Below, one piece after another: positions 1 to 14,752 of a stretch of DNA of 64,000 nucleotides (the first letter of the stretch is position 1; each line of letters opens with the position of its first letter). The notes under the pieces were generated by a model. It did not search any database. It saw only the letters and a list, made by a program, of their open reading frames with translations, and was not told the origin of the DNA. The stretch is from Octopus vulgaris (taxonomy: Eukaryota): assembly GCA_951406725.2 (NCBI GenBank), contig OX597833.1, positions 24,862,001 to 24,926,000 on the forward strand, read 5' to 3'. The translations under genes and the position numbers were made by a program.

Positions 1-297
1 AATATATTTAAAATAAAACTGTCCTCTGGTGCAATGTATAAGGAAGAGTTTTTATCTCGTTCACTCTCTCTTTCTGTGTCTCTTTCCGTCTCTCTCTGTC
101 TCTCTCTGTCTCTCTCTTTCTCTCTGTGTGGTTAAGAAAGCAAATAGGAAAACAGAACTGAAACTGATATACACATGCAAATACAAAATATGTGTACATG
201 TCGTACACGTGCACCTGCTTGATTGCTTGTAGATACATTTATGTGTGAACGTGAATACACACACAGACACACACGCACACACACGCACGTACATGCA

Positions 298-342
<45 letters not shown>

Positions 343-552
343 ATACATATATATATATATATATATGTGTGTATGCATATGTGTGTGTGTGTTTTGTGTC
401 TAGGGACAAACGAAGTGTGTATGTATATATATTTATATAGTCTTTTCCTTGTTTATTATTTATATGTGTGTGAGTATGTTTCTGTTTGTGTATTTATATA
501 TCTATGTGAGTGTGCGTGTGCCCGTATACAATGTAAATATATAATTACATCG

Positions 553-631
<79 letters not shown>

Positions 632-886
632 TGTGTCTGCAGGTATGTATACTACACCGCATGCCAAAGTATCCGACTGTTATGGTAGCGCACTGAATGA
701 TTCGCCAAAAAAAGAATTTTAAAAACAATCCACAGTCATGCAACTCTTGAACCTCGCTTGACCTTCGGTCAGTCTGGCATGTTAGTTGACATCTTTGATA
801 GTACGGATTTCACTATGATATCAATTATCGCGGATCATATGATACGCATTCCACTTTAACTTATGTCTGTTCCTCTCTCTCTTCAG

Positions 887-938
887 AATTTGACTGCAGA
901 TATTTTAGGAGAAACGTAAGACGCAAACACGTAGACAG
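887..938 (+). CDS. candidate internal exon (FDCRYFRRNVRRKHVD)
   Basis: Pyrimidine-rich acceptor ttcctctctctcttcag and donor AG|gtaaat. Only one frame is open (phase 1 in, phase 2 out). No homology recognised. Confidence 0.35.
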
Positions 939-1071
939 GTAAATGTCTAACTTAAAATAAAATAAACAAAATAAAATAGAAATAAAAATAATTCGTAGTT
1001 AGTCACATACATGTCATACCTGACCTGCACTACCGAACTTCCTACTTACATACTTACGTACTACATTCATA

Positions 1072-1123
<52 letters not shown>

Positions 1124-1328
1124 CACAAGCACACGTGTATACATACATATACATATAATTATATTTATATATGCAACATACACATCATGAACGCACGCAT
1201 TTATACGTAATGCATACATATATTATTTTCTTGGTTTATTTGTTATAGAATTCGGACTGTGGCCATGCTTGGGCATCACATTCAAGAATTTTTTTAGTCG
1301 ACCAAGGGTGGTGCCTATTCTTTCATTT

Positions 1329-1411
<83 letters not shown>

Positions 1412-1428
1412 GTCTATCTATCTGTCTG

Positions 1429-1536
<108 letters not shown>

Positions 1537-1545
1537 CACACACAC

Positions 1546-1586
<41 letters not shown>

Positions 1587-2033
1587 TATATATATATATA
1601 CATACACACACACACAGACATATATATATGTGTACGTTAAAGACTTTCTCATTTTCCCGAGCGTCAAACACCTGTCTTCGTCTTTTGTTTCTCTGTAAAT
1701 TTCAGGGAGATCGCTAACCACTACACGTTCTTTATTTTCTCTCCCGCAAGCAAATTAAATAAAATTTGGGATTTTGCACCGGGTTACAATTGGTAATACC
1801 AATATATATAATTTGCTTTGCAGAAGCAACGGTTTTATCGAAGGCGTATATTATTGTTAAATGCCCGAAATACGAGACTAGAAAAACTGCCAACAGCTGA
1901 TGAAGGGTCCTTCTTCATATTGTTTGTTTTGTTTTCCATTTGTGTCTTTTGTTGTTCGAAAGAATAGTTCAAATTCCCTGCACTCATGCTCTTTTTTTGT
2001 TGTACACGTTTCGTGACCTCATGTACCCTCATT

Positions 2034-2069
<36 letters not shown>

Positions 2070-2072
<3 letters not shown>

Positions 2073-2247
2073 GATCCAAACATGAAAACACAAAGAGAAA
2101 ACACAACAACGCAAGGACGTGGAACAAATATAGTGTTATTGGACGCTCAGGAAGGAAGGGAAGAAGGAGGATTTAACGTTTCGAGCGGAGCTCTTTCTCA
2201 GAACATAGGAAAAGGAAAGATCTAAGGAAGGGAAGGCGGAGGAAAAA

Positions 2248-2250
<3 letters not shown>
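2070..2250 (-). mobile_element. PLE-type terminal repeat fragment with degenerate minimal hammerhead
   Basis: Minus strand 2204-2171 reads gtt-CTGAGAA-A-GAGC-tcc-GCTC-GAAA-CG-TT-aaat. This is hammerhead topology with a damaged CUGANGA box. Confidence 0.45.
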
Positions 2251-2297
<47 letters not shown>

Positions 2298-2345
2298 GAG
2301 GCTTTTATATATATTGATATGTATGTACAAATAACTATGTATTTA

Positions 2346-2388
<43 letters not shown>

Positions 2389-2769
2389 ATTTATATTATT
2401 ATAGGATTGAACGGCACGCATCCTCTTCCAAGTAAGTTTTATCTATATATACATATATGTACACATACATACACACATACACACACTCACATATACACAC
2501 ACAAACGCTCACACGTGAACACACACTTATATACCCATCACATTTGCGATGACGTTGGAAAGGATACTCAATGCAAGAATCGAGTATATATTTTTATTTT
2601 TAAATCATACCTCAGTATAGCATCGATAACCTAGAATGCCTTGCTATAAGAATGAGCTTATTGCATTCCTCACTTGTATGCTCACTGCCGAAGAGCCGCT
2701 CTCGAGGCAAAAGAATCAAGATTTTAGATGTGGTACTGACAACAAGTTAGGTAATATTACCAACGTCGA

Positions 2770-2910
2770 TCTGGTAGAATCGTTGGCACGCCGGGCGAAA
2801 TGCTTTGTTGGATTTTGTCCGTGCTTACGTTCTGAGTTCAAATTCTGCCGTGGTCGAATTAGCAGCTGAGCACCGAGATCGATGTAATCGTCTTAACTAT
2901 TCGTGCGAAA
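2770..2910 (+). mobile_element. SINE family C fragment
   Basis: Motif gtagaatcgttggcacgccgggcgaaatgc...ctgagttcaaattctgccg (B-box-like GAGTTCAAAT). It recurs at about 12800, 13300, 15100-15270(-), 42320-43190(-), 47845, 48600(-) and 53180(-). Confidence 0.6.
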
Positions 2911-3757
2911 GAGTATAGAAACTTCCGTCGTGTTAGTGTGGCAGTGTAGGCTCAACAAACCAGTGTGATGACATGTTCAGGGCTTCTATATCAGACCATG
3001 GTTGGTTGGGAGAACAAGGTGAGGCCTTCGTCCAGCAGTGAACTGAAAATGGGCAATCTAATCCAAAGACCAGTCGTTTTATTCAGTTATTTGTAACGTT
3101 CTATTTTGGTAATATCGTCTGGCTTGTTCAATAGTTCTGCTCCGCGTTTTCGTCTTTGTTCACAGACTCTATTTCTTATAGTAAATTCATCACTTGTTTC
3201 CGAGCTTTCAAGTTCGACAGCTTTGCCGTTATTTGTTCGTTGTTTCTTTGTAACAGGCAATAACTTTGTAGATGCTTTTCATTTCAAGCTGTAGCAATAG
3301 TGGGAGAGTATTCCTTGTCTGTATTTCAACCTTTCAAACTATTGGGAATTTTATTCACATCATATGTTTGGAACCTCATCTATGTTTTGGTTTTTCTTTA
3401 CTTTATTATTTTTTTTCTATAATTTAAATCTTTATCAAGAACAGAAAGAAATCGGAACCTTTCAACCAAGTAGTGAGTTCTAATGTATTTTAATAATGGT
3501 TTCCACTTTTCTTGGATAACAGTGCAAGTTATTTCAGTGAACATTCAATGGTCGGCGGAAATCTATTTCGTCCATCTTTGCAGCCATCAGAGTATCGCAG
3601 GCAAATTTATTGCACAGAATTGCAATAGATATGGTCCTCGTTCAATTGCTTTTCGTGGTGGGCCTTTGTTCTGCATCTGTTACACACACATACACACACA
3701 TACTAATGTGTGTGTGAGAGAGTGCATGAACGAGTAGTCAAACGTAAGTGGCCCTCA

Positions 3758-3788
<31 letters not shown>

Positions 3789-3862
3789 GATATACATAGA
3801 AATGTGTGTATGTGTATATATATATATACATACATATATATATATACATATACATACACACA

Positions 3863-3909
<47 letters not shown>

Positions 3910-3913
3910 TATC

Positions 3914-3966
<53 letters not shown>

Positions 3967-5083
3967 CATAATATCTCTGTGTGCGGGCGGGCGTATATGT
4001 ATAACACGGCAGTGCTCAGTTTAAAAAAAAATTATACTACTTTCCTATTTGGGTTTTTTTAGTCATTTACATTTTGTTTGTAACATAAAATACCTTTGCT
4101 CTAGTGATGCTTCGAGATCTTATTCAATGCCGCATTTATTGTGATTATTGATGGCGTGTATTATTTCTGATTTATTGTAGACAGAAATCATGGCATTAAT
4201 GTTGTGTTAACGAGGTCATTATCCATGGCTTTAATCTTTTGGCCGTTAAGTCTAGATTTCCTCCAGCAAACAGAAATTGATTTTTAATTTCTTCCGGGGA
4301 GTGCTAATTTTTTTCATTGTATTTTGATTTAATATATTCTCCATGAGTAATATACTTCTTTTTTTATGCATAAAATTATACACAACAAATTTATGTTATC
4401 ACCTAATGCTATTTTCGGTAGTTTTGTTTTATGTTATGTATTTCAGTGACTGCTGTAAATGTATGGTGATTCCTCGATACGTTGTCATGGTTATATGACC
4501 CGAGTAGTTAATTCAATAAAATGTACTTTGTCAGGTTCTCATACAAATTTGCCGACAATATTGTCCTCCAAACGTAAAGGTTCTTCAGCATCTCGTATGA
4601 CTGTAGGTTGCATATCTATATATGTATGCATATATCTATATATGTCTGCATATATATATATATACAATTCAAGGGCAAACGAAAAAATTTCTAATGCCAA
4701 ATATGCCGAAAAATTGGACATATTGTCCATTAACCATATAATTTTTTCACAATACGCACGCTACTCGAAAAAAGGTCGACAGAAATTTCTAAAAAATTCC
4801 AATATTACCATATCGGACCAATTTCAGGGTTAACTCATAACAGCCCTCCCTTCGTCAGTGATGCATGTGGCAAAAGAAAGAAATGAGATACTTACTCAAC
4901 CCATGGAAGAAGCAAACACTAAGTCATGAGCACCATTAAGTACCCCAAATACATTCAAAATAGAAAATTTAACCTTTAAAGGTATTTTTTAATATGCTGG
5001 CCATTGATAAAATATTTTTCGAAAATAATTTTTTCTTTCGAGAAAAATTTTATCCAACATTAGATAAATATATATATATTTAT

Positions 5084-5390
5084 AGGCGCAGGAGTGGCTG
5101 TGTGGTAAGTAGCTTGCTTACCAACCACATGGTTCCGGGTTCAGTCCCACTGCGTGGCATCTTGGGCAAGTGTCTTCTGCTATAGCCCCGGGCCGACCAA
5201 TGCCTTGTGAGTGGATTTGGTAGACGGAAACTGAAAGAAGCCTGTCGTATATATGTATATATATATGTGTGTATGTGTATATGTTTGTGTGTCTGTGTTT
5301 GTCCCCGTAGCATTGCTTGACAACCGATGCTGGTGTGTTTACGTCCCCGTCACTTAGCGGTTCGGCAAAAGAGACCGATAGAATAAGTAA
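5084..5390 (+). mobile_element. tRNA-derived SINE family A
   Basis: Head GGCGCAGGAGTGGCTGTGTGGTAAG (A box) and GGTTCAGTCCC (B box), with an internal (TA/TG) tract. More than 10 related copies occur in the window. Confidence 0.85.
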
Positions 5391-5402
5391 AAGAGAAAAT
5401 AG

Positions 5403-5465
<63 letters not shown>

Positions 5466-5492
5466 GCACCGCCTTTAATCGACCCCGGGACT

Positions 5493-5526
<34 letters not shown>

Positions 5527-5603
5527 TATATATGTATATATACATATAACTTATATATACATGTATGTGTTTATATATGTGTGTGTATTCATCTATCTAT
5601 CTA

Positions 5604-5639
<36 letters not shown>

Positions 5640-5642
<3 letters not shown>

Positions 5643-5888
5643 TTGTCTGTGCGTTTTCTGTGTGTCTGTTTTCTCGTACCTCACCCGACCATGGCTTTCA
5701 ACCGATTCTGATGAAACTTGACACACACATAGCTAATGTCATAATTCAAAACTAACGCAGCGAAAATTTTGAAAAGTTCCCCAGTTCTGAAAAATCGATA
5801 TCTATCTATCTATCTCAAAAAAATTTACTATCTATCTATCTATCTATAGTTATTTCTAAACCTGAGCAACGCCGGGCGATACTGCTAG
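5640..5888 (+). mobile_element. non-autonomous Helitron (3' end with hairpin and CTAG)
   Basis: Ends cctgagcaacgccgggcgatactgCTAG|T, the same terminus as the minus-strand copies at 27833, 29700 and 31874. Confidence 0.7.
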
Positions 5889-5899
5889 TCTATCTATAA

Positions 5900-5957
<58 letters not shown>

Positions 5958-6254
5958 TTACATGCATGCATGTGTGTATATGCCTATGTAAGCATGTATC
6001 GTGATTATAATTTTTTGAGGTGTTGACTGGAAGAGATTCTTTTTATTAAGAAGAATGTGTCTTTGGTAAATACTCATAATTTCTCCGAATTTCCTTAAGA
6101 GCGAAATTACAAACCATATTTCGAAATCAGTAGCCTCACTTTACAATTTCTGTAAGCGCGACATTTCCTAAACCAAGATCGATGTAACTCGGGGGAATAT
6201 ATGTAGTTCGATTTTGTTTGAAGGAAAACAAAAACATTATCAACATCATCGTCG

Positions 6255-6313
<59 letters not shown>

Positions 6314-7021
6314 GTCGAAAGAACCATAATTATGAAGTGACTTAGACTATACCTGTAATAATGAGTTCTGTCTCCTTTCTCCTCCCTCTCCAACTCATTT
6401 GATACTGTGAGTATTCGTTTCATAGATGGCGTGATGGATGTGCTGCAGAAACCGTGGACTCACTAGTTTTCTGAAGAAATATGGACTACCATTGCAACTT
6501 AATGGTTAAATTGCGTTTTGATCAAGCCTCAGAATAAAAATAATAAAGTAACAAGAAAGAATGAAAGAAAGAAAGAAAGAAAAAAGAAAGAAAGAGGATA
6601 GAAAGAAATGAAATAAAAACTCTTCTCGTTATTTATGCTACATTGCATCTTACGTATCACGATTATATAATGATTATATCATTATCATAATAGCCACTAT
6701 TATTACGATGTTAGTTCCCAAACTCTTACAGTCTTTGATTTCCGCCTTTTGCCGAGAGTGATGCGTGGGTATTTGTTTCAGATATGGCGTGATGGGTTAC
6801 AGAAATTGTGGAGTCACTACCTTGTTGAAAAAACATACACAGCAGTAGTTAGCGTGACACCTGGGTGGGTGTTTTGTTATTTTACCGAGTTCATCTAATA
6901 ATATACATAATAAAAATTCGGGTGTATGACACTGAACTGATTGACTGTTATGGCGATATCATTGGATGTATGTATGTGTATGTGTGTGTGTGTGTGAGTG
7001 AGTGAGTGAGTGAGTGAGTGT

Positions 7022-7071
<50 letters not shown>

Positions 7072-7213
7072 TTTAGTTTTTAGACTATCCCCATTTATTT
7101 CTATTATATCACGTATAGATAGGAGAATCATATAAGCCATTACTCTTAGAGTTCACTCAATGATGTTATGGTATTGATTCAGTAACACACACACACACAC
7201 CCTTACTATAATA

Positions 7214-7250
<37 letters not shown>

Positions 7251-7251
7251 A

Positions 7252-7338
<87 letters not shown>

Positions 7339-7372
7339 CATACATACACACATACACACATCCATATGCATA

Positions 7373-7460
<88 letters not shown>

Positions 7461-7624
7461 CATATATATATGAAATTGCAAGGATAATCTGGTTCTTCAC
7501 TGAAGATAGAAAACTTCAAATGACCCGTCCTTGATTTCTTTGTATCCTCTATCTAGATGTTTGTTGTCCCTTTTGTATCACTTAGTTGTCCGGATGTTTT
7601 GCGTTCTTGTCCGATTTTGTATTT

Positions 7625-7659
<35 letters not shown>

Positions 7660-8220
7660 TTTAATTACTTTCAGTCATTTGACTGTGGCCATGCTGGGGT
7701 ACCGCCTTAAAGCGTTTTATGCGAAGAAAACGACCTCAGGGCTTATTCTGTCGGTCTCTTTTGCCGAAGTTTCGGGGACATTAATACACCAAACTCGATT
7801 TTCAAGCGATTATGGGACCACAAACGCTAACACACACATATTTAAAGCTTGCTTCCCAACCACATGGTTCCAAGTTCACTCCTACTGCATGGCACTTTGG
7901 GTAAGTGTTTTCTGCTATAGTATCAAATTGATCAAATCCTCGTGAATGGATTTGGTAGACGGAAACTAAAAGAGGCTCGTCATCTATATAGATGTATATA
8001 TATTTATGTCTGTGTCTTTGTGCCTGTGTTTATCCGCCAACTACCGCTTGACAACCGGTTTTGGTGTGTTTACGTCCCTGTAATTAGTGGTTCGGCAAAG
8101 AGGAACGTTAGAATAAGTACTAGGCATAAACATATACTGGGGTCAATTGGTTCTACTAAAATTCATCAAGGTGGTACCCCAGCATGGCCGCAGTCTAATG
8201 ACGGAAACAAGTAAAGGTTA
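7660..8220. mobile_element. two degenerate SINE family A copies in opposite orientation
   Basis: Minus-strand tail at 7660-7830 and plus-strand body at 7845-8220 both match the 5084 and 34702 copies. Confidence 0.65.
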
Positions 8221-8705
8221 AATATGATGTAATATAATATAATATAATATGAGTGTAGAATAAGAACACAAATGGTTTCAGAATGTCTCTTCCATGTTGC
8301 AGAATTGAGATGATCACTGCACATTCAACATCTTAGTATTTTTCTCAGAATCGAATTAAAAATTTTTAATACGGCTTAAGAAAGAGATTTTTTATGATGT
8401 AATCGAGCTATCAATCAAATAAGAAAAAACGTGTGTGAAACAGCTGTAGCAAAACCTTTAACCCAATTGTGTTCTTATTTAATGTAAACACCATCCCTGG
8501 AGGTTTCCTTAGATTGTATCTGGAACTTACATTGAATCGCGTATCTCTATGCCGGTGTGCATGGGTATGTAATTTCATGTAGGTGTATATTTACTCGTAT
8601 GTGTATATTTGTGTGTTTGCATCTAAGTGCATATGTATAAGTGACTGTATATGCCCGAATATTCGTGGGTACACACGGGTATATATATATATATATATAT
8701 ATACG

Positions 8706-9000
8706 TGCAATGGCCCAGTGGTTAGGGCAGCGGACTCGAGGTCGTAGAATCGCAGTTTCGATTCCCAGACCAGGCGTTGGGAGTGTATCTTGAGCGAAAA
8801 CACCTAAAGCTCCACGAAGCTCCGGCAGTGGGTGGTGGCGATCCCTGCTGTACTCTTTCGCCTCAACTTTCTCTCACTCATTCTTCTGTTGGCCTGCTCG
8901 CTTAGCAACGGGTTGGCGACATTTGAAGGCTAAAACAATCCGAAGCGCATTGTGACCAGTGATGTGTAGCAACATCTGATAGCCTGGTCGATCACGGGAT

Positions 9001-9007
<7 letters not shown>
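8706..9007 (+). mobile_element. tRNA-derived SINE family B (tRNA-Arg-like head)
   Basis: tGGCCCAGTGGttagggcagcggactcg...GTTTCGATTCC A/B boxes. Near-identical to 44627-44920; the tail ends in tcacg(t)ga repeats. Confidence 0.85.
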
Positions 9008-9057
<50 letters not shown>

Positions 9058-9060
<3 letters not shown>

Positions 9061-9373
9061 GAGGGGCTACTGAAAAGGTCTTGATTGTGGATAAAAGAAA
9101 ATACAAAAGGATTAGCTAATTATGATTTTATCGATAAATAAAGTACCAGCACTGTGGTCGATGTAATCGACTCAATCCCTTTGTCTGTCCTTGTTTGTTC
9201 CCTCTATGTTTAGCCCCTTGTGGGTAGTAAAGAAATATAATTATGATTTTATCCAACATATTAACCTTTTAGATTCATACACTTACTGCAGAGGTCGTTC
9301 ACTTTATGTAAGCCTTATAAAAGAAGTCCGAAAATTGGGCCTCCAGCCAGGCCTTTCGCGACACCCTTTCAGT
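9058..9373. mobile_element. degenerate mariner-type MITE with a small insertion
   Basis: Starts TA-CGAGGGGctactgaaaagg and is related in inverse orientation to the MITE at 58643-58848. Confidence 0.45.
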
Positions 9374-9393
9374 ACCACTCCTAACGCACATAT

Positions 9394-9425
<32 letters not shown>

Positions 9426-9874
9426 GCAGAGATATGTAGGTATGTATGTAGGTATGTATGTATGTATGTATGTATGTATGTATGTATGTATGTACGTACG
9501 TACGTATGTATGTATGTATGTATGTATGTATGTATGTATGTATGTATGGATGGATGGATGGATGGATGGATGGATGGATGGATGGATCGATGGTGACTGA
9601 GTAGCTGGCTGGATTGAAAAATAATACTAATGATATAATGCGCATATCCTTTTATATTACAATAAGTTAATTCCAAAGGTTATTATAATTAAGTAATTTC
9701 AAAATATAGTAATATGTATTTTACTATGTTAATCTGTTTTTCAATGCATATTGGATTTGAAAGTTGTTTGTCTACAATAACAAACTTTGGAATTAATTCC
9801 CTGAATATGAAAAACAAAATCCTTTTGACTTTTCATTATTACTTTTCTATATTTCTTGACTTGTGTGGAATAGC

Positions 9875-9984
<110 letters not shown>

Positions 9985-10000
9985 AACTGTAGAGGTAAGC

Positions 10001-10034
<34 letters not shown>

Positions 10035-10066
10035 GTATATATGTATATAAACATCTATAGAGGTAA

Positions 10067-10106
<40 letters not shown>

Positions 10107-10140
10107 GTATATATGCATATAAACATCCGTAGAGGTAAGC

Positions 10141-10197
<57 letters not shown>

Positions 10198-10415
10198 CGT
10201 GTATGTATGTATATGCACATACATATACGAGAATTTGAATATCTAGAATGTTTGCTCAACACCGCATTGATGGACAGACTTTCTTTATTTGTGTATTCAG
10301 GCTACTATTGGTTTCATGTGTAAGAAATATCTTAATATCTTAACCATTATATATGCCGATCAGATGTAAGAATTGTGTTCGTCTCAATTTGGATGAAAAC
10401 ATATATCTATGTTTG

Positions 10416-10483
<68 letters not shown>

Positions 10484-10528
10484 TATATACATATGCATGG
10501 GTGGGTATGTACTTGTATGCTGTATGTC

Positions 10529-10589
<61 letters not shown>

Positions 10590-11157
10590 TTATCTCTCTT
10601 TCTATCTATCTATCTATCTATCTTTCTACCTATCACTATTTCCCACTCGTTTATCTCTCCTGTAACTTTCTCTTAATATGATTTTTTTTTATAATCCTTC
10701 AAAATCACTGCCCTACACATCTCTCCTCCTTCCATGTGACCAGTGTCCAGCCAGTCATATCTTTCCTTCTTGGCCTGACTTCCACCAGCTCAATTTCATT
10801 CGTTCGCAGTCGAAAGACGTCCGTTGTTATTTCATGTTTGTATTCTTAACTGTGTACCATGTTCTCCCTTTTTTTTTGTTTATATGTTTTTGTCTTTGTT
10901 GCACTACACATTCGCTAGCTTTCTTACAAAGGGGTCTAATGCTCTTAGCTTAGACTTTTTGGGGGGCAACCAGATCGAACCATCTCAAGTGTAACTGCCG
11001 GAAATGGTCTTGACTTCTGGGACTTGACTGATAAAAGAAAGCCTAGAAAGACCCGTTTTTTTTTGCTTGTCCTTCTAATTGTTGTTTCTCTTGTCCGGCT
11101 TTGTATCATCTATCTGTCCGAACGTTTTTATGTCCTCTATTGCTTTTTTTGTTCCAG

Positions 11158-11201
<44 letters not shown>

Positions 11202-12349
11202 CGGCGTACGTACACTCTTGTGCTCATCTTAGATAAGGTATGTATCTAAATTTTGTACGACCCTTACCCTATCTTTTATTCCCCCTTTCATCTTCCTTTC
11301 TATTCTCGCTCCCCCTCTCTCACATTTCTTGGTTCTCTCTTTCTTTAACTTCTACTATTTCCCACTCGTATATCTCTCCTGTACCTTTCTCTTTGTCTCT
11401 AATTTTTTCTAATCCTTCAATCATCTATCTGCCCTCTATTGCGTTATTGTTCCTTATATATATATATATATATATGAAAGTATGTATGGTAGTATATGAA
11501 ATCTTCCATAATATAATATTAATGTATATGTTGAAATGTTTAGTTTTAATATAATGTTTCTCAATCATCTTTTATCTATGAACTATTTTACTCAGACGAT
11601 GTTTAAAACTCATATAGTTTTTATAATTAGATATTAATGGGAAGTGTACAAAAATTTGCTAAAATATTTTTTGTATTGTAGAAGTATAACTATTTTAACA
11701 GACAGAATCCTGTATCGACGCTCAAGGGACATATGCACCCCGATTGTGAGTCATCGAGTTATATAATGGTTATAATGGAAGGTCACGATTGGCTTTCAAT
11801 ATTTAATAGCGCCTTTGATTTTGCTACATATTTAAAATACCATTGCACCATATATAGCCATAGCGCCATATGCAGAATAATAATATACATTAGGTATATA
11901 TAGATCGCATTTCAAAAAATAGAAAAAGTAATTTAAAAGAATTATCGATATTTCAAGCCCTTCGGGACTTTCAGTCCACTCCGTATAAAGGGGTATAGTT
12001 ATGTAATGAATAGAATAGCACATTTTAATAGTTACCGTCCATTTTTGTTGAGCCAGATTATAAAGAACACAATATTAAAAAAAAAGCCACCGTGTTAGAC
12101 CAGTACAGACAGAAATACAAACAGAATTTATGCACGCACCTAGACACACACGAAGATATATGCACGCGCGCATACATATATCTGTACAGTTTCCATCTAC
12201 CTGATCCCGTATGTAATGGATAATATATACTGAGTGAATGGTTTCTTTTGAGAGATTTAAAACTTGTTTTAGTCATCAGATTTAAAACTTCACATTAATT
12301 TAATATAAACCGCATATCTAAGAGAATGTTAACATTAAAGATATATATG

Positions 12350-12636
12350 TCACTGTAAAGATAAGGTACCACAGGTTCTTATGCTAAAGTCCGTGTTAAT
12401 ACGAAGGCTTTCCACACTGATAACTCTGTCTATCTGTTTCTCTCCCTTACTCTTTCTCTCTCTCTTCTTCTTTGTAAGAATTAGCTGCACCATACTCTTT
12501 AGAGACTCGTGGAAATTCTTCGGTGTCTCTTTCCTCCAAGAAATAGAGGAGAGTTGAGCGAGGGTTTGAGAGCCTCTTAGCCTCATGTGACAAACTCCAC
12601 ACAAAGAATGCAGAGAAATGAGCAGATTTGAAGCTA
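12350..12636 (-). CDS. candidate terminal coding exon, unknown protein
   Basis: T-rich acceptor ttttttttacgattccatgacatacag, then about 94 stop-free codons of non-repetitive sequence ending in TGA. Confidence 0.3.
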
Positions 12637-12932
12637 CTGTATGTCATGGAATCGTAAAAAAAAACATCCTTGACAGAGAGGCACCTTCTATTCTAAACAG
12701 AATAAACATCATCCCCCTAAGTGTGTGGGTTTTAATCTAAGTTAACAATTACTATTTCCTCAACTCCACGAAGCAGCGACGTTGTTAAATCGTTTCCATA
12801 TCGGACGAATCGGACAAAATGTTAAGTAGCATTTTTTTCGACTATTTACGTTCCGAGTTCAAATTACGCCGAGGTCCTCTTCGCTATCCATCCGTTTGAT
12901 GTCGGGCTCTGGAGTCGATCTAATCGACTAAC

Positions 12933-13238
12933 GGATCTATTCCATCTCAATCACAGATTTTTAAATTAATTTTTAAAAACTAAGTAGTTTGAAACTTCGA
13001 ATACTGGTAGAAATTCTTATGTAGAACACGGTTTACTTTGAACGTTTTTGGTTGATTGGTTGAAATTACCCAACTACGACAACTTTAACACGAAATAACT
13101 TCTAAAATAGAAGATTCTGTCAAAATCGTTCAGAGTAAACCGTGTTCTATGTGAGAAATTCTACCAGTATTCGAAGTTTCAAACTGTTTAGTTAAAATAT
13201 TGATTAAAAAAATCTGTGGTTAAGATGGAATAGATCCC
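12933..13238. mobile_element. foldback MITE with about 120-bp inverted arms
   Basis: Termini GGATCTATTCCATCT...AGATGGAATAGATCC, with arms complementary through gaaacttcgaatactggtagaa / ttctaccagtattcgaagtttc. Inserted in a family C SINE. Confidence 0.8.
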
Positions 13239-13525
13239 AACTAACTCGCTCTCATAAAATTTTAGGCCTTGTACCAATAGTAGAAAAATTTTGTTTTGGC
13301 TGGCAGTATTGTTAGGACACAGGAGACAAAAGCTTAGCGACATTTCTTCCGGTTGAAACGCCGCCTGGGTTGACTTCGCTTTTCATCTTTCAGGATCGAT
13401 AAAATACATACCAGTCGAGCAATGCAGTCGATAAAATTTACCTAGCGTCCTCCCTCAGAAATTTCAGATATTGTGCGTATAGCAGAAAGGAATATTTCAT
13501 CAATCTCTGAAGAGAGGAATGACAT

Positions 13526-13754
13526 TGTTAAATCGTTTCCATATAGGACGAATCGGACAAAATGTTAAGTAGCATTTTTTCGACTATTTACGTTCCGAGT
13601 TCAAATTACGCCGAGGTCCTCTTCGCTATCCATCCGTTTGATGTCGAGCTCTGGAGTCGATCTAATCGACTAACGGATCTATTCCATCTCAATCACAGAT
13701 TTTTAAATCAATTTTTAAAAACTAAGTAGTTTGAAACTTCGAATACTGGTAGAA
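13526..13754 (+). repeat. local direct duplication of 12783-13013
   Basis: Nearly identical 230 bp covering the SINE C part and the left arm of the MITE. Confidence 0.85.
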
Positions 13755-14083
13755 TTTGAACTCCGAGGTGTAAATAGCAAACAACTACAGTTTAAAAAGA
13801 GCATTTGTCCAACTAAAGTTTAAAAGAGGATTTATTTGTCCGATGCACAAACACTTCCACCATTCCACACTACAGGTCCCTACTTTATTATGAAGTAAAT
13901 TTGTTTTAATATCTTATGCCACACTTAATGATTGATCAGTTAGAATTACCGACTATTTACGTTGGTGTACTTTATTTATTACATTAGTTAGTCAGATGGG
14001 AATGAAAGTAAGTATCATGACCTTTGCAGAGTCTAACGGAGACAGACCCAAAAGATCGATCTAGTTTGAGTAGTTTGAACATC

Positions 14084-14138
<55 letters not shown>

Positions 14139-14709
14139 ACATATATATATTCAGTGTCTCATTTAATTAGGTGTGAAAGAAATTAAGGTTAATGTAAACA
14201 GTGTATTTACGGGGTTGCCACAAATATCGTGGTGGACGGATGAGGGCTGAGCTTAATCATTAAAATACAATTATTGATGTGTGTCAACCTGAAAACCGTA
14301 TAGATTCTGTCTCATAAGAGAAGATTTATTTGGCATCGAAATTTGGTGGTGAGTGTGGTGCTTGGTGAAATTTAGTTGGGTGTTGGATCGGAGATTTATT
14401 TGTTAATGAGGTTAGAAATAAATTAAGATTTCAGGAAAAAAAATCATGACGAGGAATCAAAATTAAGAAAAACAACAAAAAAGAACAATAAAAATAAATA
14501 AATAAAATAAAAACTCAAGAATACTTAGCAAAATGATTTGGTTTGACATTTATAGAAAGGTGTTTATGGTAATGGTGTTAGTGGTGGTGGTGGTGGTTGC
14601 GGTGATGGCAGAAGCGGGGGCGGAGGCATTAACTTTATGACACTAACGACTTTTAACTAGAAATTGGGTTGTTATATTCCATTCTCTTTCTCTCTCTTTC
14701 TCCGCACGC

Positions 14710-14752
<43 letters not shown>

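Noticed and set aside
8706-8780. Functional tRNA genes at SINE heads (also 5084, 21111, 44627)
   Set aside because: Acceptor stems are imperfect and each head continues into a multi-copy SINE body.
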